The notes below the pieces were generated by a model. It did no database searches. It was given only the letters and a program-made list of their open reading frames with translations, and had not been told where the DNA came from. Positions 22,302-32,395 of a stretch of DNA of 64,000 bases are shown in pieces (the first letter of the stretch is position 1; every line of letters starts with the position of its first letter). This DNA comes from Marinicella sp. (GTDB lineage Bacteria; Pseudomonadota; Gammaproteobacteria; Xanthomonadales; Marinicellaceae). The position numbers were made by a program, and so were the translations under genes. Where the stretch lies: contig OZ246001.1 in NCBI GenBank assembly GCA_965230295.1, positions 3,744,001-3,808,000 of the forward strand, read 5' to 3'.

Positions 22302-23066
22302 ATGAGTGCTAAACCACATATACGTACAGAGAAACTTGATGGTCAATATGAGCTTTTAACTCAAAAAACACCCATTCTAGATTATGAAAATAAACACATC
22401 CAAAAACTTATTGTAGAGCGTGGATGGAAGAAATTAACTGACTATGAAAAGATTGGTGCGGCATATGATTATGTACGCAATGAAATTTTATTCGGGTATA
22501 ACAAAGGTGATGACATATCTGCCAGTCAGGTTCTTGAAGATGGTTACGGCCAATGTAACACCAAGGGGAATCTGTTGATGGCCTTACTTCGAGGTTTAGG
22601 CGTACCATGTCGTTTCCATGGCTTTACAATCGACCAAAATCTGCAAAAAGGAGCCATTCCAGGATACATATTCTGGCTGGCACCAAAATACATCATTCAT
22701 AGTTGGGTTGAAGTACTCCATAGAGGACAATGGGTAAATTTAGAAGGCTTCATTTTGGATAAAACATACCTGAATTCAATTAAGGCAAAGTTTCCTGATG
22801 TAAATGGTTCTTTTTGTGGCTTTGGTGTAGCGACTAAATGTCTGTCCAACCCAGAAGTTGAATGGCTGGGTAAAGACACCTACATTCAAAAAGAGGGCAT
22901 ACATGATGACTTTGGTGTTTATGATTCACCAGATGACTTCTATACAGAAAAAGGAACCAACTTATCTGGTGTTAAAAAATGGCTTTATGAACGCTTCATA
23001 CGACATTTAATAAACAGGAATGTAGCAAAGCTTAGGAAAGAAAACCATGCTGCTGGTCTTGGATGA
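22302..23066 (+). CDS. Transglutaminase-like protein
   Basis: DGYGQCNTK catalytic Cys, IHSWVEV, WVNLEG. Confidence 0.85.
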   Translation: MSAKPHIRTEKLDGQYELLTQKTPILDYENKHIQKLIVERGWKKLTDYEKIGAAYDYVRNEILFGYNKGDDISASQVLEDGYGQCNTKGNLLMALLRGLGVPCRFHGFTIDQNLQKGAIPGYIFWLAPKYIIHSWVEVLHRGQWVNLEGFILDKTYLNSIKAKFPDVNGSFCGFGVATKCLSNPEVEWLGKDTYIQKEGIHDDFGVYDSPDDFYTEKGTNLSGVKKWLYERFIRHLINRNVAKLRKENHAAGLG

Positions 23067-23245
23067 TTTTTTACAGCACCATCTTGTTGAATTTACCATT
23101 CATAATCAATCATTTAAAAAAATATGTGAATTTTCGGGGGAATGTGCACAAAACCCCTACATGGAAGTTATTTGAACAAATTCACTATTTTTATATCTAA
23201 GGAACAGTATTGTTGAGTTATCAGCTTTATTGTAAACTTTACATC

Positions 23246-23599
23246 ATGAGTATTTCACTGCCACAAACAATTGTATTGATAATCAGCCTGGTATTCCAAG
23301 GTGCGATTGCTGATGCCGGTACATGTGATATGCCTATGGAACCCTCAATGTCGGAGGACCATGCATCAATGGATGATCACTCTCATCATGATATGGTAAT
23401 GGATAACGATCAAGTCAAGGAGGACAATTGTTGTGGTGATAATTGTGAATGTCTGATGTTTTCTTGCCAATTGGTATTTTCAATACACAATCGAAGCTTA
23501 AATCTTCATCAGTTCAAATCACAACTTTTCGACTTCACTAGTTCGTCCATTTCATTGGGCATCAAAACATCTATCTATCGCCCACCCATTTTTGCTTAA
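23246..23599 (+). CDS. Met/His/Cys-rich small exported metal-binding protein (CopL/CzcI-like)
   Basis: Signal peptide, MDDHSHHDM, CCGDNCEC, terminal YRPPI; precedes cusC. Confidence 0.65.
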   Translation: MSISLPQTIVLIISLVFQGAIADAGTCDMPMEPSMSEDHASMDDHSHHDMVMDNDQVKEDNCCGDNCECLMFSCQLVFSIHNRSLNLHQFKSQLFDFTSSSISLGIKTSIYRPPIFA

Positions 23600-23680
23600 C
23601 ACAGGATAATTGCGTCTGAAATTTGTGGGCTTTGCCCATTTCAGGCATCTTTGTATTTACAGCAAAAATGAGATTTTTTA

Positions 23681-24988
23681 ATGAGGCAATCAATTCTCGC
23701 CATCCTATGTTTGGCGCATTACTCAAACCCATTAGAAGCTGAGTCATTAGCACCAATGGAGTCAAACCTCTTATTTGAGGAAACCATTAAATCGGCAATC
23801 AAGAATGACCCTTGGCTTGAGGGAAGTATTCACAGGGAAAAATCACTTAATTCATTGAGTGTCGCAGCAGGACAACTCCCTGATCCAAAGGTGTCAGTTG
23901 GACTTGCAAACTTGGCTACCGACACGTTTGATTTTGATCAAGAAAGGATGACTCATCTGAAATTGGGTTTTTCTCAAGCGTTTCCTCGCGGCAAAACCAG
24001 GAAGCTTAAACAGGCACAACTGGATTTGCAAAGTCAAAAATATCCTTATTTGAGGGCAGATCGAATTGGTCAGATTACCTTGCATGTGGGCAGTCAATGG
24101 CTTGACTTGTTTGAGACACAAGAAAGCATTCGGATCATCAAAGACAGTCAACGTCTGTTTGAAAATTTGGTTGATGTCGCAGAAAGCAGTTACAGCTCGG
24201 CCATTGCAAAAACCAATCAATTGGACATCGTGCAAGCAGAACTGGAGTTGTCATTGCTAAATGACAGGCTCACGGTGTTAGAGCAGGGCCATCAAATGCA
24301 ACTGGCTCAATTGTCACGGTGGCTCAATCGTGATTTAGGTGAAAACAGTGTTGTTGATAAACAGTTGCCGAACATCGACCTCACTGAAAAAGAAGACATT
24401 GGCTTGAGACAATTCATGCGCCATCCAGCGATTTTATCTGTTGATAAGAACATTGAATCCGAGGCAGTTGCAATCAAGCTCGCTGAGCAACAATTCAAGC
24501 CGGCATGGTCATTGAATGCGGGCTATGGATACAGATCGAATGACCCCTCAGGGCTTGATCGATCTGACTTGCTTTCTGTCGGTGTTAGTTTTGATTTGCC
24601 CATTTTTACCGCCAAAAGACAAGACAAAAACTTGGATGCAGCCGTGCAATCACACAGCGCGTTGTTAACTGACAGGGAAGATGTGATTCGAAAGTTGATG
24701 GCCATTAATGCTGAAAACTCAGAAGCCATTGTGGGTCTGAGAAAAAGAGCCAAACTATATCAAGAAGAACTGCTTCCCCAGACCAGAGAAAGTGTCGAAA
24801 TCGCTTTGAGGGCTTATTCAAGTGATGAAGGCACATTCAATGATGTGATCAGGGCTCAGATTGCTGAATTGGACGCATCGCTACAACTGTTAAAAATTAA
24901 TGTTGAAATACAAAAAAGAATCTTATCTGTCAAATACACTCGCATTAGCGAAACAAACCACATAATTTCAAGAGGAGGGGACTCATGA
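23681..24988 (+). CDS. cusC: Outer-membrane efflux channel of a Cu/Ag CBA system
   Basis: QLPDPKV...FDQERMT...Q.FPRG; operon context. Confidence 0.8.
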   Translation: MRQSILAILCLAHYSNPLEAESLAPMESNLLFEETIKSAIKNDPWLEGSIHREKSLNSLSVAAGQLPDPKVSVGLANLATDTFDFDQERMTHLKLGFSQAFPRGKTRKLKQAQLDLQSQKYPYLRADRIGQITLHVGSQWLDLFETQESIRIIKDSQRLFENLVDVAESSYSSAIAKTNQLDIVQAELELSLLNDRLTVLEQGHQMQLAQLSRWLNRDLGENSVVDKQLPNIDLTEKEDIGLRQFMRHPAILSVDKNIESEAVAIKLAEQQFKPAWSLNAGYGYRSNDPSGLDRSDLLSVGVSFDLPIFTAKRQDKNLDAAVQSHSALLTDREDVIRKLMAINAENSEAIVGLRKRAKLYQEELLPQTRESVEIALRAYSSDEGTFNDVIRAQIAELDASLQLLKINVEIQKRILSVKYTRISETNHIISRGGDS

Positions 24989-26436
24989 AAAACATCATTA
25001 AATTCGTACTTCCAGGCATTATTTTGGGCGTTGTCATCACCATGGTATTACAAAATCAAGCCAGCCAATCCGTGGATGCCACAGCCGAAGAAAAACCCCT
25101 TTATTGGGTCGCTCCAATGGACCCAAACTTTCGAAAGGATCAACCAGGTAAGTCTCCGATGGGAATGGACTTGGTACCAGTTTATGCATCAGATTTAAAT
25201 TCCGAACAAAGCTCTGCTGGTGAAGTGTCTGTCTCTCCCGTGGTTGCTAATAATTTGGGACTCAAGACTGGCATTGCACGTATGGGAACCTTAAAGGGCC
25301 AGATTAAAACGGTTGGCATCGTTCAATATGATGAGAACAAGCTGTTACATGTTCATCCGCGGGTTGAGGGTTGGATTGAACGGTTACATGTTAAATCGAT
25401 GGGTGATCAAGTATCGAAGGGGCAATTGTTATATGAAATCTATTCCCCTGAGCTGGTTAATGCCCAAGAAGAGTTCGTTTTGGCTCTGAAACGCAATAAT
25501 GCTGCTTTGATCAAAGCCTCTGAAGCAAGACTTAAATCTTTGCAAATTCCCGTCGACATCATCAATTTGGTCAGGAAACAAAGGTCTTCTCAACAGACCA
25601 TTCCATATTACTCCCCACAAGACGGGGTGATTGAGCACATAGAAATCAGAGAAGGTTTTTTTGTTAAACCAGGTACCACCTTGATGTCAATCGCAGATTT
25701 AAGCAGTGTCTGGGTGGAGGCACAAGTGCTCGATTACAACAAGCCTGAATTGATCACAGGTGCTAATGCCATCATGCGTTTGAGGGCATTCCCTTATCAG
25801 TTATGGCAGGGAGTGGTGGAATATATATATCCATCCTTGGATCCCAAAACGCAAACACTGAGAGCCAGATTGGTTTTTCAAAATGACTCTGGGTTGCTTA
25901 AACCCAACATGTTTGTTGATGTTGAAATTGACCAGCCTGAAACTGAAGGTTTGCTTATTCCAAAAAGCGCATTGATTCGACTTGAGAACAGTCAACGTGT
26001 GGTTATGAAAACTGATATGGAAATGTATAAAACAGTTAACGTGACCACCGGCGGTTTCGATACAGAGAATGCGCAGATAACCTCTGGCTTGTTGCCAGGC
26101 GATGTTGTGGTGACTTCTGCTCAATTTATGTTGGACTCAGAATCAAGCAAATCATCTGACTTTGATCGCATGAGTTTAAGTGACGCTGAAGATGTGGCTT
26201 TAACCTATGGCATGATTAACACATTAGATCTGGAAAACAGGGTGCTTAACATCAGCCGGGACGCCATTGAAAAGTGGGGAAGGGCACCTGCAACCTTGGA
26301 TTTTAATGTTCCTCAACGCGTTGACATCAATCGCTTTGAAAGTGGACAAAACATTCGATTCTATTTCCAAGTCGATGATGGTGAGTTTTCCATTCTCCAC
26401 GCTGATGTGGTGACAGCTGGGAGTGCTGATTTATGA
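24985..26436 (+). CDS. cusB: CusB-type adaptor with N-terminal Met motif and C-terminal CusF-like domain
   Basis: YWVAPMDP...PGKSPMGMDLVP, YSPEL..AQEE, LKPNMF; C-terminal AIEKWGRAPATLDF. Confidence 0.88.
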   Translation: MKNIIKFVLPGIILGVVITMVLQNQASQSVDATAEEKPLYWVAPMDPNFRKDQPGKSPMGMDLVPVYASDLNSEQSSAGEVSVSPVVANNLGLKTGIARMGTLKGQIKTVGIVQYDENKLLHVHPRVEGWIERLHVKSMGDQVSKGQLLYEIYSPELVNAQEEFVLALKRNNAALIKASEARLKSLQIPVDIINLVRKQRSSQQTIPYYSPQDGVIEHIEIREGFFVKPGTTLMSIADLSSVWVEAQVLDYNKPELITGANAIMRLRAFPYQLWQGVVEYIYPSLDPKTQTLRARLVFQNDSGLLKPNMFVDVEIDQPETEGLLIPKSALIRLENSQRVVMKTDMEMYKTVNVTTGGFDTENAQITSGLLPGDVVVTSAQFMLDSESSKSSDFDRMSLSDAEDVALTYGMINTLDLENRVLNISRDAIEKWGRAPATLDFNVPQRVDINRFESGQNIRFYFQVDDGEFSILHADVVTAGSADL

Positions 26437-29400
26437 TAGAAGCCATCATCAATTGGTCGATCAAACAGCGTTTCCTGGTGCTATTGGCCACCTTATTTAT
26501 TGTCATCGGCGGTTTATTTTCAGTTAAAAACACACCAGTTGATGCAATACCGGACTTGTCTGATGTCCAGGTGATTGTCAAAACCAATTTTCCGGGCCAA
26601 TCACCTCAGGTGGTCGAAGATCAGGTCACATACCCTTTAACCACCGCCATGCTGTCTGTGCCTGGTGCTCAAACTGTAAGAGGCTTTTCCTTCTTTGGAG
26701 ATTCTTACGTTTATGTCATCTTTGATGAAGATACGAATTTGTATTGGGCCAGGTCCCGGGTTTTGGAATATTTGAACCAAGCAGCATCTCTATTACCTGC
26801 AGGGGTAAAGCCAGAACTTGGGCCCGATGCGACAGGTGTGGGGTGGGTGTATATCTATGCATTGTCTGATTCCAGTAATCAAACCGACATCAGCGAATTG
26901 CGCAGCATTCAAGATTGGTTCTTAAAGTATGAACTGCAAACCGTTGATGGGGTCTCTGAGGTTGCATCATTGGGCGGCATGGTCAAGCAATACCAAGTTG
27001 AGGTGGACCCCAATGCCATCAGGGCCTTAAACATTCCTTTGAACCATGTGGCCCAAGCCATTAAGAAAGGCAATCAAGAGGTGGGTGCTTCGGTGGTTGA
27101 AATGGCCGAAGCTGAGTACATGATCAATGCCACAGGGTATATCCAAAGCATTGAGGACTTGGAAAGCATTCCCATTGGTTTAAACCACAACGGTGTACCA
27201 TTGCTCTTAAAAGACATCGCCAGCATTCGCCTTGGCCCTCAGATGAGGAGGGGCATTGCGGAACTGAACGGTGAAGGTGAAGTGGTGGGTGGTATTGTGG
27301 TCATGCGCTATGGTGAAAATGCCCAGGAAGTTATTAACCGCGTACAGTCGAAACTGCAAAGTCTGGAAAAAAGCCTGCCAGAGGGTGTCACTGTCACCAC
27401 AGTGTATGACCGAAGTGATCTGATCGTGCGGGCTGTGAACAACTTGTGGGAGAAACTCATTGAAGAGTTCCTGGTTGTGATCGGGGTTTGTGTGATCTTT
27501 TTGTTCCATGTGCGCTCCTCATTGGTTGCGATCATTAGTTTGCCGGTGGGCATCCTCGCCGCATTCATCGTCATGAACTGGCAAGGGCTCAATGCCAACA
27601 TCATGTCCTTGGGTGGCATCGCCATTGCGATCGGAGCCATGATTGATGGGGCCATTGTGATGATTGAAAACATGCACAAACACATGGAAAAAACAGAGTT
27701 AACGAACGAGAATCGCTGGGAAGTGGTGGCAAAGTCAGCTTCGGAAGTCGGACCGGCTTTGTTTTTCAGCTTGTTAATCATTACCGTCAGTTTCTTTCCT
27801 GTGTTCTCCCTGGAAGCACAAGAAGGGCGCATGTTTTCTCCGCTTGCATTTACAAAAACCTATGCCATGGCCGCTGCTGCTGCCTTGGCAATCACACTGG
27901 TTCCCGTGCTAATGGGTTACTTCGTGAGGGGTAAAGTTATGGCCGAGCACAAGAATCCGATCAACCGTTTTCTGCTCAGACTGTACTTGCCGACGCTCAA
28001 AGCTGCATTGCGTTTTCCCAAATCAACTTTGCTTCTGTCTGGTATCATTCTCGCCATCAGCATTTGGCCGGCGCAGCGTATTGGCACTGAATTCATGCCC
28101 CAATTAGATGAGGGCGATCTGATGTACATGCCCACCACTTATCCAGGAATCTCCATTGGTGAGGCACGAGAATTACTACAACAAACAGACAAGTTGATCG
28201 CCACAATCCCTGAAGTCAAAAATGTGTTTGGAAAAATAGGGCGAGCGGAAACCGCAACCGATCCTGCACCACTGACAATGATCGAAACATTCATTCAACT
28301 CAAACCGAAGTCGGAGTGGCGTGCCGGTATAAAAACTGATGACTTAATCCAAGAGTTAGACTCCCTGGTTAACATACCAGGATTGACCAATGCCTGGGTG
28401 ATGCCAATAAAAACCAGAATTGATATGCTGGCCACCGGTATTAAAACACCAGTGGGCATCAAAATTGCTGGACCAGATCTGGATGTCATTCAAGGGATTG
28501 GGCAAGAAATTGAGTTGATGTTGGCTGATGTTGATGGCACCGCTTCTGTTTATGCTGAAAGGGTCTCCGGTGGACGCTACCTGAAAATTGACATTGATCG
28601 TTTGGCTGCCGCAAGGTATGGCTTGAATATTCAAGACATACAACAATTCATCAGTCTGGCAGTGGGCGGTAAAAACATTTCTCAAAGCGTAGAAAAATTG
28701 GAACGTTATCCCATTAACCTGCGTTTCCCACAACACCTCAGAGACACACCTGAATCCATCTTAAACCTGCCATTAATCACACCCAACGGAGAGCACATCG
28801 CTCTGGGTGAGATCGCCGATGTTTATTTAGAAGATGGACCACCTGGGATTAAAAGTGAAAATGCGCGCATCAATGGCTGGGTATTTATTGATATTGAAAA
28901 CATCGATGTGGGTCGGTATGTGGACATTGCAAAGGCCACACTGGAAGAAGGGTTGGCTTTGCCTCCAGGGTATTCAATCACATGGTCCGGCCAATATGAA
29001 TACATGCTGAGGGCGAAAGAAAAGTTAACCTACTTAATCCCAATTACATTGTTGATCATCACTATGTTGCTGTTTTTCAATTTCAAAAGCTTTTTGGAGG
29101 TGGCTATCATTATGGGTACCTTGCCATTTGCTTTGGTCGGTAGTATTTGGCTGATGTATTGGTTGGGCTTTAACTTCTCGGTATCAGTTGGCGTTGGGTT
29201 TATTGCATTGTCAGGTGTGGCGGTTGAAATTGCGGTAATCATGTTGAACTTTCTCAACAACAGTCTTGATGCACTCAGGCAGAAATTAAAAGAATCCAAT
29301 GACACTTTGACTAATGCGCTGTTGAAACAAGCGGTTTTGGAGGGATCCGGATTACGGGTTAGGCCCGTAATGATGACTTCATTGTCCATCATTGTTGGAT

Positions 29401-29546
29401 TGTTACCCATACTGTTCAGCCAAGGCACTGGTTCTGAAGTCATGAGCCGAATCGCAGCTCCTATGGTTGGTGGCATGATCAGTGCTTTGATTTTGACACT
29501 GATAGTGCTACCGGTAATTTACTACCTTTCAAAAAGCCTGGATTAA
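26433..29546 (+). CDS. cusA: CusA-type Cu/Ag RND permease
   Basis: PVDAIPDLSDVQVI, GPDATGVGW, DLMYMP, TMIET, RIDMLATGIK. Confidence 0.95.
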   Translation: MIEAIINWSIKQRFLVLLATLFIVIGGLFSVKNTPVDAIPDLSDVQVIVKTNFPGQSPQVVEDQVTYPLTTAMLSVPGAQTVRGFSFFGDSYVYVIFDEDTNLYWARSRVLEYLNQAASLLPAGVKPELGPDATGVGWVYIYALSDSSNQTDISELRSIQDWFLKYELQTVDGVSEVASLGGMVKQYQVEVDPNAIRALNIPLNHVAQAIKKGNQEVGASVVEMAEAEYMINATGYIQSIEDLESIPIGLNHNGVPLLLKDIASIRLGPQMRRGIAELNGEGEVVGGIVVMRYGENAQEVINRVQSKLQSLEKSLPEGVTVTTVYDRSDLIVRAVNNLWEKLIEEFLVVIGVCVIFLFHVRSSLVAIISLPVGILAAFIVMNWQGLNANIMSLGGIAIAIGAMIDGAIVMIENMHKHMEKTELTNENRWEVVAKSASEVGPALFFSLLIITVSFFPVFSLEAQEGRMFSPLAFTKTYAMAAAAALAITLVPVLMGYFVRGKVMAEHKNPINRFLLRLYLPTLKAALRFPKSTLLLSGIILAISIWPAQRIGTEFMPQLDEGDLMYMPTTYPGISIGEARELLQQTDKLIATIPEVKNVFGKIGRAETATDPAPLTMIETFIQLKPKSEWRAGIKTDDLIQELDSLVNIPGLTNAWVMPIKTRIDMLATGIKTPVGIKIAGPDLDVIQGIGQEIELMLADVDGTASVYAERVSGGRYLKIDIDRLAAARYGLNIQDIQQFISLAVGGKNISQSVEKLERYPINLRFPQHLRDTPESILNLPLITPNGEHIALGEIADVYLEDGPPGIKSENARINGWVFIDIENIDVGRYVDIAKATLEEGLALPPGYSITWSGQYEYMLRAKEKLTYLIPITLLIITMLLFFNFKSFLEVAIIMGTLPFALVGSIWLMYWLGFNFSVSVGVGFIALSGVAVEIAVIMLNFLNNSLDALRQKLKESNDTLTNALLKQAVLEGSGLRVRPVMMTSLSIIVGLLPILFSQGTGSEVMSRIAAPMVGGMISALILTLIVLPVIYYLSKSLD

Positions 29547-29568
29547 GAAATAAATAAAAGATGTTTAT

Positions 29569-29598
29569 GGTCGTGAACACTTCATTGCGTTCACGACC
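29569..29598 (+). terminator. Hairpin after cusA
   Basis: GGTCGTGAAC / GTTCACGACC perfect inverted repeat. Confidence 0.6.
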
Positions 29599-29647
29599 GT
29601 AAGGTTAATTAGAAGCAAAAATCAAACCCAAAAGACATGTTGTACCA

Positions 29648-30394
29648 ATGGGGTTAGATTTTTTAAATCGAATATTTAAGAAGAAAACAATCATGAACAA
29701 ACAGAAACTATATCGATACAGTCGAAAAATTCATAAATGGGTAGGGCTCTTCATTGCATTGCAAGTGCTATTCTGGATTGTTGGGGGGCTTGTAATGAGC
29801 TCAATACCCTTGGATAAAGTCCATGGCAAGCATCTTCATAAGAACTCAGCTTTGGAGCAAACTACGATTTCTGATTACCAGGTGTCGATTGCCTCTGTTC
29901 TAAATAAGAACTCACACAATCCAACATCTATAACGTTCTACCGAGTCAACCAAGAGCCTGTTTACGAAATTGAAGACCAGAGTAAATATTATTACTCAGG
30001 CATTACAGGGGATCATTTAGAACCACTTTCTAAAACACAAGTACATGAGTTAGCAAAAAAATATTTCACAGGACAAGAGGCAGTTAAAACCTCTGAGTTG
30101 ATTGATCAAATACCACTGGAAGCTTCAAAATTGAAAGCGCCTGTATGGCAAATATCCTTTGATGATTTTGTTAATACTACTTTTTATATTCACCCATACA
30201 ACGGACAACTGTTAACTGTAAGAAGTGACATTTGGCGATTGTTTGATTTTGTGTGGATGCTTCACATTATGGATTACGACACACGCGATGATTTTAACAA
30301 TCCATTGTTGATCACTTTTGCTGCTAGTGCACTCATATTCACAATCAGTGGAATAATTTTATTATTCCAGGTGTTTAGAAGGAGAAAACGTTGA
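29648..30394 (+). CDS. PepSY-domain membrane protein
   Basis: RKIHKWVGL...Q.LFW, WRLFDFVWMLHIMDY. Confidence 0.85.
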   Translation: MGLDFLNRIFKKKTIMNKQKLYRYSRKIHKWVGLFIALQVLFWIVGGLVMSSIPLDKVHGKHLHKNSALEQTTISDYQVSIASVLNKNSHNPTSITFYRVNQEPVYEIEDQSKYYYSGITGDHLEPLSKTQVHELAKKYFTGQEAVKTSELIDQIPLEASKLKAPVWQISFDDFVNTTFYIHPYNGQLLTVRSDIWRLFDFVWMLHIMDYDTRDDFNNPLLITFAASALIFTISGIILLFQVFRRRKR

Positions 30395-30521
30395 GAGCAC
30401 ACTGATTAGCGTTTCTCCAAATATCAAGGCCTTAAGCGATTGAACTGGTTATGACTAGCCTTTATGAACTGTTTAAAAAAGGGAATCTATATCCGACCTC
30501 ATTAAATATGCCAAAAACCTC

Positions 30522-30572
30522 TTGACCACCTCGATTATTTTGATCACAATAGAGGCTTTAAAAATCGAGGTG
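30522..30572 (+). promoter_or_regulatory. Promoter with flanking 10-bp inverted repeat (candidate XRE operator)
   Basis: TTGACC-17 bp-CACAAT; CACCTCGATT (30527-30536) and AATCGAGGTG (30563-30572) are perfect inverted copies. Confidence 0.6.
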
Positions 30573-30575
30573 CGT

Positions 30576-31211
30576 GTGAGCCAAGAATCAAAAACAGTCG
30601 ACGATAAGGTAGAAGTGATCAACAAATTGAGCCTTCTTGGGATTTCTATTGATCAGGTCAAAGAAATTGCTCTAAGAGCAATAACTGCTAAGTACAACGC
30701 TGTCAGCAACCACCCTCAGAATGCAGGAGGTATGTTGGCCTACATTGAAGGTGTCAAAACCTTAAGGGATGAACTCGGAAGAGACAGTGATTGGGAGCTT
30801 GCCAGGCCAAACAACATGGAAACCATTAGGAACTCAAAAACTAAAATTGAATTTGCATATTCTAATGTTGATTATTCTTGCAGGGCAGAGCATAACCCCC
30901 AACCCCTCTCTAAAAAAGGCAAGGCCTCAAAAAAGGCAGTCGACAATAACCAGTTACCTTTGTTTGGGGATGACATTGATTCTACTACGGTTGGAAACTA
31001 TCAACTGTGGTACGTTTTAGTAAGTGAAAAAAATGGACATATAAATGCTGAGGTTTCTCTACCAACATCAATGGAAGACGGTTGTTTTACGTCATTTAAA
31101 GAACGAATATTTTGTGTGATTAACGCCACTACTGATGAGATCGGTGATCTTTACGATGTGTCTAACGATGAATTAGAATACGACGACGAAATCACCATAT
31201 CAAGAAAATGA
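30576..31211 (+). CDS. Hypothetical protein, candidate toxin coupled to the XRE-ImmA gene
   Basis: Overlaps the next gene (ATGA); KKGKAS...QLPLF...W.VL...EVSLP...F.ERI. Start uncertain; the track's TTG 30522 is probably the -35. Confidence 0.6.
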   Translation: MSQESKTVDDKVEVINKLSLLGISIDQVKEIALRAITAKYNAVSNHPQNAGGMLAYIEGVKTLRDELGRDSDWELARPNNMETIRNSKTKIEFAYSNVDYSCRAEHNPQPLSKKGKASKKAVDNNQLPLFGDDIDSTTVGNYQLWYVLVSEKNGHINAEVSLPTSMEDGCFTSFKERIFCVINATTDEIGDLYDVSNDELEYDDEITISRK

Positions 31212-32293
31212 GTCAAACGTTCAATCCAATTAGATTATCTCTGGCAAGAAAGCGAAACAGGTTAACTAAAAAGACCTTGGCGTCTTTAGTTGGATTGACT
31301 CCAGACTCAATTACCAGGCTTGAAAATGGTACCCAGTCTCCACAAGATGAAACGATCAAAAAACTGAGTAAAGCATTGAAATACTCCGTAGAGTTTTTCT
31401 TTAAAGACAGTCCAGACATAATCACAGCTGATAATGTTAACTTCAGAAGCCTTTCAACCATGATTGCAAAAGATAGGGATGCTTTTCTTGCAGTTGGTAG
31501 CTTGTCTTTTGATGTCATTGATTGGGTTGATTCCAAATTTGTTTTACCAAAATTAAAGGTGCCAGATTTAAGTGTTGGATATACTCCAGATTCTGCGGCC
31601 GCTGTGATTCGAGATCAATGGGGAATAGGGCAGCAACCTATTAGTGATTTAATTAAACTGATTGAATCTAAAGGTGTAAGGGTTCTTTCCTTGAATGAAA
31701 GTATTGAAACCGCAGATGCCTTTTCATTATGGCGCAATGGAGTTCCTTACATATTTTTAAATGGAAATAAAACCGCAGAAAGAACCAGGTTTGATATTTC
31801 ACATGAACTCGGTCACATTGTTCTTCACCGAGGTGGCAGGGTTAAGGAATCCCCGATTAAGATTATTGAGAAAGAGGCTGATACATTTGCATCCTGTTTT
31901 TTAATGCCCGAGTGTGACGTCCGCTCCACTGTTAATGGTTTTATCTCAATTGATAAGCTGTTAAGGCTAAAACAAAGATGGAGAGTCTCACTAGCAGCAC
32001 TCTGTTATCGAATTCATAAGCTTGGCATTGTATCTGATTGGCAGTATAGAAATTTTTGTATTGAAATAAGAAAAAGGTATGGAAAGTCCGAACCTGCCTC
32101 AATTCAAAGTAAAGGATCTTCTTTGTGGAGGATGATTTTTTCTGAACTCTGGAAAGAAAAGATCACAATAAATCACATTGCCAAAGAGCTTGCGTTACCT
32201 GTTAATGAAATCATTGGCCTCACAAAGTTTGAATCCTTGGACGTAGCTGAAAAAGATAAAAACAAAGGAAATAGCCTCAAACTCGTAAATTAA
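31208..32293 (+). CDS. XRE-HTH fused ImmA/IrrE (M78) metallopeptidase
   Basis: LTKKTLASLVGLTPDSITRLENG; RFDISHELGH...EKEADTFASCFLMP. Confidence 0.92.
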   Translation: MSQTFNPIRLSLARKRNRLTKKTLASLVGLTPDSITRLENGTQSPQDETIKKLSKALKYSVEFFFKDSPDIITADNVNFRSLSTMIAKDRDAFLAVGSLSFDVIDWVDSKFVLPKLKVPDLSVGYTPDSAAAVIRDQWGIGQQPISDLIKLIESKGVRVLSLNESIETADAFSLWRNGVPYIFLNGNKTAERTRFDISHELGHIVLHRGGRVKESPIKIIEKEADTFASCFLMPECDVRSTVNGFISIDKLLRLKQRWRVSLAALCYRIHKLGIVSDWQYRNFCIEIRKRYGKSEPASIQSKGSSLWRMIFSELWKEKITINHIAKELALPVNEIIGLTKFESLDVAEKDKNKGNSLKLVN

Positions 32294-32316
32294 AAGTAGG
32301 ATAAAGTCAAAAATCT

Positions 32317-32352
32317 CACTATGTCCGATACGCTTTAGTATTGGACATAGTG
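32317..32352. other. Candidate tyrosine-recombinase crossover/operator site
   Basis: CACTATGTCCGATAC-GCTTTA-GTATTGGACATAGTG: 15-bp arms (14/15) around a 6-bp asymmetric spacer, 43 bp before the integrase ATG. Confidence 0.6.
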
Positions 32353-32395
32353 TGAAAATCCATATATACTGTCGTTTTAGATTTTTATACGTCGC

